Source of the DNA: Tagaea sp.
GTDB taxonomy: Bacteria > Pseudomonadota > Alphaproteobacteria > CACIAM-22H2
DNA length: 64,000 bases
Direction: 5' to 3'
Assembly: GCA_965279525.1 (NCBI GenBank)
Contig: CBDIIB010000004.1
Coordinates: 896,001 to 960,000 of the forward strand
Positions 55,360 to 64,000 of this stretch are shown here, in pieces. The position numbers were made by a program, and so were the translations under genes. How positions within the stretch are numbered: the first letter of the stretch is position 1; every line of letters starts with the position of its first letter. The notes beneath the pieces were generated by a model that saw nothing but the letters and a program-made list of their open reading frames with translations, was not told the DNA's origin and did no database searches.

Positions 55360-55881
55360 ATGTCCGTGAGGATCGAAGCGCTGACCGTCGCGCCGGAAGT
55401 CAGCCGGATGCTCGGCGAGTTGCTTGTCGGCGTGGTCGCGAGCGGCGGCTCGGTCAGCTTCATGCATCCGCTTTCGCCAGAGTCCGCCCGCGCTTTCTGG
55501 GATGAGGCCCTGGCCGCCGCCCAACGCGGTGAACGGGTGGTCTTTGGCGCCTGGATCGATGGATTGCTGGTCGGGACCGTAAGCCTCCTGCTCGACTTGC
55601 CACCGAACCAGCCGCATCGGGCCGAAATCGCCAAGATGATGACCCACCCGGCGCATCGCGGCCGGGGCATCGCGACGGCACTCCTTCACGCGGCAGAAGC
55701 AGAAGCCGCACGCCAGTCGCGCACCCTTCTCGTTCTCGATACCGCGACCGACGGTGGCGCATCGACCTTATACGAGCGGCTCGGATACACGTTGGCCGGA
55801 GAAATCCCCGATTTCGCATTGAAACCGCATGGCGGACTGACCGGAACAAAATTGTACTGGAAACGCCTCGCCGCCGGCTGA
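55360..55881 (+). CDS. GNAT-family N-acetyltransferase
   Basis: GGSVSFMHPL, NQPHRAEIAK, HRGRGIA, LVLDT, LYERLG. Confidence 0.88.
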   Translation: MSVRIEALTVAPEVSRMLGELLVGVVASGGSVSFMHPLSPESARAFWDEALAAAQRGERVVFGAWIDGLLVGTVSLLLDLPPNQPHRAEIAKMMTHPAHRGRGIATALLHAAEAEAARQSRTLLVLDTATDGGASTLYERLGYTLAGEIPDFALKPHGGLTGTKLYWKRLAAG

Positions 55882-55952
55882 CGGCGCGATACGACCAGAG
55901 CGGGCGCGGGAAACCTCAAAAAGAAACGGATAGCCCCCGGGACGAAAATCGC

Positions 55953-55964
55953 TGTAACGTTACA
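55953..55964. promoter_or_regulatory. LacI-type operator palindrome upstream of the sugar ABC operon
   Basis: TGTAACGTTACA, perfect palindrome with central CG. Confidence 0.6.
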
Positions 55965-56030
55965 CCATAGGGCGGCCGTTTCAGCGGTCGACCGACGGAC
56001 GGGTCAACCGTCCGCGTGCAGGGAGGGAAT

Positions 56031-57083
<1,053 letters not shown>

Positions 57084-57121
57084 ACCGCAATCAAGACGGT
57101 AGAAAAAGAGGGAGAAAAGAG

Positions 57122-58462
57122 ATGGCAAACGTCATTACGCGCCGGAGCATTCTTGCCGCCGGCGCAGGCATAGCGGCACTTTCCGCCGGCGCGCAGCAAG
57201 CGTTCGCTCAGGCGACGCGCGTCACTGGCGCCAACGTGGCGGCACCGAACCTGCCGATCGAAAGCGGCGCAACCCTTCGCCTGCTGCGTCCCGTTCGCTT
57301 CGTCCAGCCGGACGAGGATGTGTTCCGCGCGAACGCGGCGAAGTTCACGGCGAAGACCGGTGTCCAGGTCCGCGTCGATTTCGTCGGCTGGGAAGACATC
57401 ACCCAGCAGACGGCCGTCACCGCCAATACCGGCGCGGGCCCCGACATCATCATCGGCTTCTCGGACGGGCCGCACATCTTCGCCCAAAAGCTGATCGAGC
57501 TCACCGACGTCGCCGAGTATCTGGGCAAGCGCTATGGCGGCTGGCTCGTCATGGCGGAGAAATACGGCAAGCGGCACGGGTCGAACAATTGGATCGGCCT
57601 GCCCTTCGGCGCGTCGGGCGGTCCGGTCGTCTACCGCAAGTCGGCGGTCAACGCGGTCGGCTTCCAGTCGATCCCCAACGATCACGCGGGCTTTCTCGAC
57701 CTCTGCAAGAAGCTCAAGGCGGCAGGCAAGCCCTCCGGCTTCGCGCTCGGCAACGCCGTCGGTGACGGCAACTCGTTCTGCAACTGGCTCATCTGGTCGC
57801 ATGGCGGCTTCCTGGTCGACGAGGCCGGCAAGGTCGCGATCAACAGCAAGGAAACGATCGACGCGCTCAACTACCTGAAGGAGCTCCATGCAGCCTTCAT
57901 CCCGGGCACGACGGCGTGGAACGACATCTCGAACAATCGTGCCTATGCCGCCCAGGAACTGTGGCTGACGTCCAACGGCGTTTCGCTCTACTTCTCGCTC
58001 AAGAACGACCCCGCGACCGCCGCGATTGCGGCGGACACCGAGCATCAGTTGATGCCGCATGGCCGCCTTACCCTGCCGGCAATGACGGGCCTCACGATGA
58101 ACGCGATGGTGTTCCGGCACAGCCGATTCCCCAACGCGGCGAAGGCGTTCCTGCAATTCATGCTGGAACACGAGCAGCACGAGCCGTGGCTGAACGCCAA
58201 TCTCGGCTACTGGGCGCACCCGCTCGCGGCTTACGATGCCGCCGAGGTGTGGGGCGGGGATCCGCGCGTCTCGCTCTTCAAGAACACGATGCGCTCGCCC
58301 TTCTGGAACGGTTACAAGGGACCGATCTCGGAAGCTTCGGGGCAGGCAAACGCGGAGTACGTGACCGTGCAGATGTGCGCGGCCGTGGCCTCCGGCCAGT
58401 CGACCCCGCAGGAAGCGGTGCGCGAGGCCGAGCGCCGCGCGCAGCGCATCTTCCGCAACTGA
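57122..58462 (+). CDS. Sugar(-acid) ABC substrate-binding protein (Tat-exported)
   Basis: TRRSIL leader; GAGPDI; family 1 SBP. Confidence 0.85.
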   Translation: MANVITRRSILAAGAGIAALSAGAQQAFAQATRVTGANVAAPNLPIESGATLRLLRPVRFVQPDEDVFRANAAKFTAKTGVQVRVDFVGWEDITQQTAVTANTGAGPDIIIGFSDGPHIFAQKLIELTDVAEYLGKRYGGWLVMAEKYGKRHGSNNWIGLPFGASGGPVVYRKSAVNAVGFQSIPNDHAGFLDLCKKLKAAGKPSGFALGNAVGDGNSFCNWLIWSHGGFLVDEAGKVAINSKETIDALNYLKELHAAFIPGTTAWNDISNNRAYAAQELWLTSNGVSLYFSLKNDPATAAIAADTEHQLMPHGRLTLPAMTGLTMNAMVFRHSRFPNAAKAFLQFMLEHEQHEPWLNANLGYWAHPLAAYDAAEVWGGDPRVSLFKNTMRSPFWNGYKGPISEASGQANAEYVTVQMCAAVASGQSTPQEAVREAERRAQRIFRN

Positions 58463-58471
58463 CGTGAAGTG

Positions 58472-58501
58472 CCGCGGCGCCGGTCTGATCCGGCGCCGCG
58501 G
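58472..58501 (+). terminator. Hairpin 3' of the binding-protein gene
   Basis: CCGCGGCGCCGG-tctgat-CCGGCGCCGCGG 12-bp stem. Confidence 0.6.
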
Positions 58502-58520
58502 TATCCTCCGGAGCATCTGA

Positions 58521-59477
58521 ATGGAAGCAGTCAACGCCGCACGTTGGGTACGTCCCAAGAAGGAGCTCGGGCTTGTTGCCCGGCTGTTCGACTGGAAGCC
58601 GTTCCTGATCGTGATCTGTCTTGCCCCCGCCGTCGGCTTGCTGCTGGTGTTTTTGACCTATCCGCTGGGGCTGGGCATCTTCCTCGCGTTCACCGACACG
58701 ACAATTGGGCGCAGCGGGAAGTGGGTTGGACTGGAGAATTTCGAGTTCCTGCTGGAAGACCGGCTCTGGTGGAATGCCGTCTTCTACAGCGTGTTCTATA
58801 CGGGAATCGCGACGATCCTGAAATTCGGACTCGGCCTGTGGCTGGCGTTGCTGCTCAACAACCACCTGCCGTTCAAGAGCATCCTACGCGCCATCATCTT
58901 GCTGCCGTGGATCGTGCCGACCGTACTGTCGGCGATCGCTTTCTGGTGGATCTACGATCCGCAGTTCAGCATCATCTCGTACCTGCTGACCGATGTGTTC
59001 GGCTGGCGCACCACGAATGTCGACTTCATCAACACGCCATGGTCGGCCCGCTGGTCGCTGATCGCCGCCAACGTGTGGCGCGGCATCCCGTTCGTGGCGA
59101 TCTCGCTTCTGGCCGGCCTGCAGACGATCTCGCCCTCCCTCTACGAGGCGGCGATGCTCGACGGCACGACGCCCTGGCAGCGCTTCTGCTACATCACCTT
59201 CCCGATGCTGCTGCCGATCCTCGCCATCGTGATGACATTTAGCATCATCTTCACCTTTACCGACTTCCAGCTCGTCTACGCGATCACGCGCGGCGGGCCG
59301 GTGAATTCGACGCACCTGCTGGCGACTCTCGCATTCCAGCGCGGCATTCCCGGCGGCCAGCTGGGCGAAGGTGCCGCGATCGCCGTTTCGATGATCCCGT
59401 TCCTCGTTTTTGCCACGCTGTTCAGCTATTTCGCACTGGCACGCCGCAAGTGGCAGCAGGGAGAAGGCGATGACTGA
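58521..59477 (+). CDS. Carbohydrate ABC permease
   Basis: EAAMLDGT EAA motif; TRGGP. Confidence 0.9.
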   Translation: MEAVNAARWVRPKKELGLVARLFDWKPFLIVICLAPAVGLLLVFLTYPLGLGIFLAFTDTTIGRSGKWVGLENFEFLLEDRLWWNAVFYSVFYTGIATILKFGLGLWLALLLNNHLPFKSILRAIILLPWIVPTVLSAIAFWWIYDPQFSIISYLLTDVFGWRTTNVDFINTPWSARWSLIAANVWRGIPFVAISLLAGLQTISPSLYEAAMLDGTTPWQRFCYITFPMLLPILAIVMTFSIIFTFTDFQLVYAITRGGPVNSTHLLATLAFQRGIPGGQLGEGAAIAVSMIPFLVFATLFSYFALARRKWQQGEGDD

Positions 59478-60399
59478 GCCCCGCTTGTCCACACTCGACG
59501 ATCCCGAAGACATCGCGCCCTCCAAGGCGGCCGCGGCAGCAGCTGCGGCGGAAACGATGGCTTGGGACAGCCGCTCGCGGCGCATGGTCACGATTTACCT
59601 GCCGCTCGCCTGCTTCGTCCTGATCCTTCTTTTTCCGTTCTATTGGATGACCGTGACGGCGTTCAAGCCGAACGCGGAACTCTACGACTACAAGACCTAC
59701 AACCCGTTCTGGATCGGCTCGCCCACGCTCGACCACATCAAGCACCTGCTGTTCGGCACCGCCTATCCGACGTGGCTGCTGACGACGATGACCGTGGCCG
59801 TGTGCGCCACCTTCCTGTCGCTCGTCTCGAGCACGCTTGCGGCCTATGCGATCCAGCGCCTGCGCTTCAAGGGGAGCCAGTATGTGGGTCTGGCGATCTA
59901 CCTTGCGTATCTCGTGCCGCCGTCAATCCTGTTCATCCCGTTGGCGATGATGGTGAACTGGCTCGGCCTGTTCGATACGCCGCTGGCACTCATTCTCGTC
60001 TACCCAACGTTCCTGATCCCGTTCTGCACATGGCTGCTGATCGGGTATTTCAAGTCGATCCCCTACGAGCTTGAGGAGTGCGCGCTGATCGACGGCGCCA
60101 CGCGCCTTCAGATCCTGCGCGAGATCACCCTGCCGCTCGCCGTGCCGGGCCTGATCAGCGCCGGCATCTTCAGCTTCACGCTTTCGTGGAACGAGTTCAT
60201 CTATGCGCTCGCCTTCATCCAGTCGAGCGAGAAGAAGACCGTTCCTGTCGCGATCCTGACCGAACTTGTCACGGGCGACGTCTACCAGTGGGGCGCCTTG
60301 ATGGCAGGTTCGCTTCTCGGCTCCATACCGGTGGCGCTGTTCTACTCCCTGTTCGTCGACTATTACGTCTCGTCGCTGACGGGTGCGGTCAAGGAATAG
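59470..60399 (+). CDS. Carbohydrate ABC permease
   Basis: EECALIDGAT; WNEFIYA; LTGAVKE. Confidence 0.9.
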   Translation: MTEPRLSTLDDPEDIAPSKAAAAAAAAETMAWDSRSRRMVTIYLPLACFVLILLFPFYWMTVTAFKPNAELYDYKTYNPFWIGSPTLDHIKHLLFGTAYPTWLLTTMTVAVCATFLSLVSSTLAAYAIQRLRFKGSQYVGLAIYLAYLVPPSILFIPLAMMVNWLGLFDTPLALILVYPTFLIPFCTWLLIGYFKSIPYELEECALIDGATRLQILREITLPLAVPGLISAGIFSFTLSWNEFIYALAFIQSSEKKTVPVAILTELVTGDVYQWGALMAGSLLGSIPVALFYSLFVDYYVSSLTGAVKE

Positions 60400-60407
60400 C
60401 CGCGCCG

Positions 60408-62156
60408 TCAGTGGCTTTCGCGCGCCACATCGGCGCCCGACTTGCCGACGAGAAAATCGAGATCGGCACCCCGGTCGGCCTGCAGGACGTGGTCGACATA
60501 GAGCCGGTAGTAGCCGCGCTCCGACGGCCGTTCGGGCGCCTTCCATCCGGCACGGCGGCGCTCGAGTTCCGCATCGCTGACGTCGAGGTGCAGTCGGCGT
60601 GCGGCCACGTCCACCTCGATCATGTCGCCGTTCCTGACGAGTGCTATCGGCCCGCCTGCAGCGGCCTCAGGCGCCGTGTGGAGGATCGTCGTGCCATAGG
60701 CGGTGCCCGACATGCGTGCGTCGGAAATGCGCACCATGTCGCGGATGCCCTTCTTCAGCAGTTTGGTCGGCAGCGCGAAGTTCCCGACCTCCGGAAACCC
60801 GGGATAGCCCTTCGGCCCGCACCCCTTCAGCACCATGATGCAGTTCTCGTCGACATCGAGATCGGGCGTGTCTATGCGGGCGTCGTAATCCTCGATCGAT
60901 TCGAAGACGACGGCCCGTCCGCGATGCTTCATCAGGTGCGGACTTGCGGCCGACGGCTTCAGGACCGCGCCGTTCGGCGCCAGGTTCCCGCGCAACACGG
61001 CGATTCCGCCTTCCGGCTTGAACGGCTTGTCGAACGGGAAGATGACGTCGTGGCTGTGGTTCTTCGCGTCCTTGTTGTTCTCGCCGATCGACTTGCCGGT
61101 GACGGTCAGCGCGTCGAGATGGAGCTTGTGCTTGATCTCCGAAATCACGGCCGGTATCCCGCCGGCGTAATAGAACTCTTCCATCAGGAACTTGCCCGAC
61201 GGCATCAGGTTGACGAGACAGGGCATGTCGCGCCCGAGACGGTCCCAGTCGTCGAGCGACAGGTCGACGCCGACGCGCCCGGCCATCGCCAACAGATGCA
61301 CGACGGCATTGGTCGAACCCCCGATGGCGCCGTTGACCATGATCGCGTTCTCGAAGGCCTGCTTGGTCAGGACCTTCGACAGGCGCAGGTCCTCCTTGAC
61401 CATCTCGACGATGCGCCGGCCCGCCATGTGCGACAGCGCATAGCGCCGCGCGTCCACGCCAGGAATCGCTGCGTTCGTGGGAAGCGCTATGCCCAGCGCC
61501 TCGACCATCGAGGCCATCGTCGAAGCGGTCCCCATCGTCATGCAATGGCCGGAGGAGCGCGACATCGCCGCCTCCGCCTGCGCCAGATCGTCCATCGTCA
61601 TCTCACCGGTCTTCAGCCGCTCGGTGAAAATCCAGCTATGCGTTCCGGATCCGACAAGCTCGCCGCGAAAGCGCCCGTTGAGCATCGGACCGCCGGATAC
61701 GACCAGCGTCGGAAGGTCGCAGCTTGCCGCACCCATGACGAGCGCGGGCGTCGTCTTGTCGCAACCGGTAAGCAGCACGACGCCGTCCATCGGCTGGCCG
61801 CGGATCGACTCCTCGACATCCATCGACGCGAGATTGCGATAGAGCATCGCCGTCGGGCGGAGCAGGACCTCGGAAAGGCTCGTGACCGGAAATTCGAGCG
61901 GGAAGCCGCCCATCTCGTAGACACCGCGCTTCACGTAGTCCGCGATCTGCCGGAAATGTCCGTTGCACGGCGTGAATTCCGACCAGGTATTGCAGATGCC
62001 GATGACCGGCCGGCCGTCGAAGAGGTGGTCCACCCGCCCCTGGTTCTTCATCCAGCTCCGGCGCCCGAATCCGTCGCGATCCTGGCGCTTCAGCCACGCG
62101 TTCGAGCGCAGGCGGTAATTGCGGGTATCGTGCCCTTTTTCGGATTTGTCGGCCAA
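60408..62156 (-). CDS. IlvD/Edd-family dehydratase (aldonate dehydratase-like, e.g. L-arabinonate/D-xylonate)
   Basis: NTWSEFTPCN, GCDKTTP, CMTMGTASTM, GGSTNA, SDARMSGT; TTG start after GGGGAG. Confidence 0.88.
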   Translation of the reverse strand: MADKSEKGHDTRNYRLRSNAWLKRQDRDGFGRRSWMKNQGRVDHLFDGRPVIGICNTWSEFTPCNGHFRQIADYVKRGVYEMGGFPLEFPVTSLSEVLLRPTAMLYRNLASMDVEESIRGQPMDGVVLLTGCDKTTPALVMGAASCDLPTLVVSGGPMLNGRFRGELVGSGTHSWIFTERLKTGEMTMDDLAQAEAAMSRSSGHCMTMGTASTMASMVEALGIALPTNAAIPGVDARRYALSHMAGRRIVEMVKEDLRLSKVLTKQAFENAIMVNGAIGGSTNAVVHLLAMAGRVGVDLSLDDWDRLGRDMPCLVNLMPSGKFLMEEFYYAGGIPAVISEIKHKLHLDALTVTGKSIGENNKDAKNHSHDVIFPFDKPFKPEGGIAVLRGNLAPNGAVLKPSAASPHLMKHRGRAVVFESIEDYDARIDTPDLDVDENCIMVLKGCGPKGYPGFPEVGNFALPTKLLKKGIRDMVRISDARMSGTAYGTTILHTAPEAAAGGPIALVRNGDMIEVDVAARRLHLDVSDAELERRRAGWKAPERPSERGYYRLYVDHVLQADRGADLDFLVGKSGADVARESH

Positions 62157-62298
62157 CCTGCTTCTCCCCGGGATTGCCGCCTTCAGGCGGTCATTCTGGA
62201 TCGCGAAAATCAACACTACTATATCGGTGCGCCGGGGGGATTTCGAGTGTTCGTCGGCTTCGGATTGTCCGGCTATCGGTCGTGAAGCGCCCTTGCCT

Positions 62299-63225
62299 CT
62301 ACTTCCGCCGCATTCCCGGCATCAACCCCGGCGAAGCCCTGCGGACCTGCTCGCGCAGCATCCGTACGAAACCCTCCGCTGCCGGTGTCGACGCCCGGCC
62401 TGCGGCCCGGATGATCGAGATATCGCGGGATATCCGCGGATCCAGCAGCGGGCGTACCACGACCTGGCGGTCGCGCGCGAAAGCCCATGCGATTGCCGGC
62501 AGAACGGCAATCCCCAGCCCTGCCTCGACAAGCGCAACGGCAGTCGTCACCTGTGCGACCTCGTAGGCCGGTCGCGCCGGACGGCCCAGCGATCCGAAGC
62601 CCATCTCGACAAGTGCGCGCAGCCCGCTTTCGCGCGTCATGGCGATCAAGGGCTCGGTCGCGATGTCCGGCCAACGCACGCTGCGCCTGCGTGCCACCGC
62701 GGCGGAACGGCTGGCGAAGAGCATCAGCGTGTCCGTCATCAGCCGCTCCCGGTTGATGCCCGGCTCGCCTTCGGAGAATGTCCCGATCCCCAAGTCTGCC
62801 TCGCCTGAGCGCACCTTGTCGACGATCTGGTCGGTGCGCGCGTCGATGATCGAAATGCGGATTCCAGGATGCTTCCGGACATGGCGCTCCACGATCCGCG
62901 GCAGCATGACACTGGCAAGCAGAGGCGAGCAGGCCACGGCGACATGTCCGCGCACGCGGGCCGCGATGTCGTGCAGGCCTTGCAGTGCCGCATCGAGGTC
63001 GCCGACCATCTTGGCCGCACTCGGGAGAAACTCGCGACCTGCCAGCGAGATCTCGACGCGCCGTGTCGTCCGGTCGAAGAGCCGGAGCCCGACCTCGCGT
63101 TCCAGGTCGCGGATCATCGCCGACAGGGCCGGCTGGCTGACGCGAAGCCGGTCGGCCGCGCGCCGGAAGCTGGAAAGCTCGGCAACGGCCAGGAATGCGC
63201 GCAAGTGCTTAACGGTGACATTCAT
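62299..63225 (-). CDS. LysR-family transcriptional regulator
   Basis: SFRRAADRLRVSQPALS...LFDRTTRRV. Confidence 0.93.
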   Translation of the reverse strand: MNVTVKHLRAFLAVAELSSFRRAADRLRVSQPALSAMIRDLEREVGLRLFDRTTRRVEISLAGREFLPSAAKMVGDLDAALQGLHDIAARVRGHVAVACSPLLASVMLPRIVERHVRKHPGIRISIIDARTDQIVDKVRSGEADLGIGTFSEGEPGINRERLMTDTLMLFASRSAAVARRRSVRWPDIATEPLIAMTRESGLRALVEMGFGSLGRPARPAYEVAQVTTAVALVEAGLGIAVLPAIAWAFARDRQVVVRPLLDPRISRDISIIRAAGRASTPAAEGFVRMLREQVRRASPGLMPGMRRK

Positions 63226-63238
63226 AACAAGATATTAT
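63224..63238. promoter_or_regulatory. LysR recognition site (T-N11-A)
   Basis: ATAA-N7-TTAT overlapping the LysR start codon in the divergent gap. Confidence 0.55.
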
Positions 63239-63309
63239 CAATCGATCCGAAATTTCCGTCTAGTTTTCCACTCGCGGCTCGCATCAGATAGTGCCGGAGG
63301 GAGTCCAGC

Positions 63310-64000
63310 GTGCTCGTCCGCGTATCGCCCCGTACCGCAGCACTGAAGGCCGGAACAGGCATCGCCCGCCGCCGCGTCGAGGACGACCGTCTGCTGCGTG
63401 GCGAGGGCCGGTTTGTCGCCGATCTTCGTCCGGAAGGCTGCCTCCATCTCGAGTTCGCGCGCGCTATTGCCGCCCCTGCCCGTATTGCCGCCATCGAGGT
63501 CGACCGGGCAAGTGCCTTGCCGGACGTCATGCTCGTGCTTACCGGCATCGACACCCGCGATCTCGGCCGTGCGAGCGTCAATCCGCTGGTACCGGGGCTG
63601 ACCCTCGCAGACTGGCCGGTGCTGGCCGACCGGACAGTCGGTGCCGTCGGGCAGCCCGTGGCGGCTGTCGTGGCAAGGACGGTCGAAGCCGCACGCGACG
63701 GAGCGGAGGCGATACGCATCCAACTCGAGGCGAACGGTCCGAAGATCCGGCCGGATGCGTTCACGCAGCATTGGAGCACAGGCGACGTCGACGCCGCCTT
63801 CGAACGGGCCGCCTGCATCGTCGATCTGGAAATCGTCCACGCGCGCCTGGCGCCGATGGCGCTCGAGCCACGCGCCGCACTCGCCGAATATGATGCCGAC
63901 GCGGATCTGCTGACGGTCTGGCTCTCGACGCAGACACCCCACCGTGCGCGTGCGGACCTCGCCGCCATACTGCAGCGCCCGGAGACCGGGATCCGCGTGG
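63310..64000 (+). CDS. Xanthine dehydrogenase/CoxL-family molybdopterin-binding subunit, N-terminal part; runs off the window edge
   Basis: Not in the ORF track. From GTG after GGAGG: RRVEDDRLLRGEGRFVADL ... GQPVAAVVA ... PMALEPRAA ... STQTPH. Confidence 0.88.
   Translation, partial: MLVRVSPRTAALKAGTGIARRRVEDDRLLRGEGRFVADLRPEGCLHLEFARAIAAPARIAAIEVDRASALPDVMLVLTGIDTRDLGRASVNPLVPGLTLADWPVLADRTVGAVGQPVAAVVARTVEAARDGAEAIRIQLEANGPKIRPDAFTQHWSTGDVDAAFERAACIVDLEIVHARLAPMALEPRAALAEYDADADLLTVWLSTQTPHRARADLAAILQRPETGIRV

Noticed and set aside
59527-59550. Poly-Ala run in the permease N-terminus
   Set aside because: Mixed codons, a low-complexity linker rather than a tandem repeat or phase-variation tract
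60078-62285. 735-aa plus-strand ORF
   Set aside because: Antisense shadow of the IlvD/Edd dehydratase; no recognisable motifs, and long stop-free antisense frames are expected at this GC and codon bias

Overview
A GC-rich, gene-dense stretch of bacterial chromosome, most consistent with an alphaproteobacterium (Zn-finger-type DinB, SapC, TRAP and Tat-exported ABC binding proteins). It is almost entirely catabolic and transport genes. From left to right: the 5' end of dinB; a DapA-family lyase; a hydantoinase, D-carbamoylase and racemase trio next to a URC1-URC4-upp uracil-catabolism operon; a split-arnA lipid A modification operon lacking arnB; hpt; a GntR-controlled class V aminotransferase / FAD-FeS 2-hydroxyacid oxidase unit; a ugp-like ABC transporter; an frmA-fghA formaldehyde operon led by an unassigned TIM-barrel gene and divergent from a sugar ABC/epimerase/oxidoreductase operon; Weimberg-type genes (XylX-like, KGSA dehydrogenase-like). 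An ~11 kb unassigned amino-compound catabolic cluster follows (39.4-50.5 kb), holding a single-chain HcnABC/opine-oxidase-type fusion, a fold-IV PLP enzyme, a PTER-type amidohydrolase, two DapA-like lyases, a PuuE-like deacylase, a PhyH dioxygenase, a divergent NadX-like dehydrogenase and a sigma-54-driven binding protein. The window ends with a uronate dehydrogenase/FadR/TRAP unit, a second sugar ABC system with an IlvD/Edd dehydratase, and LysR plus the start of a molybdo-hydroxylase large subunit. I saw no rRNA, tRNA, CRISPR array or transposase. The best candidates for undescribed biology are the 39.4-50.5 kb cluster, the formaldehyde-linked sugar locus, and the URC operon with a possibly structured leader. 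All calls come from motif recognition by eye; no searches were run.
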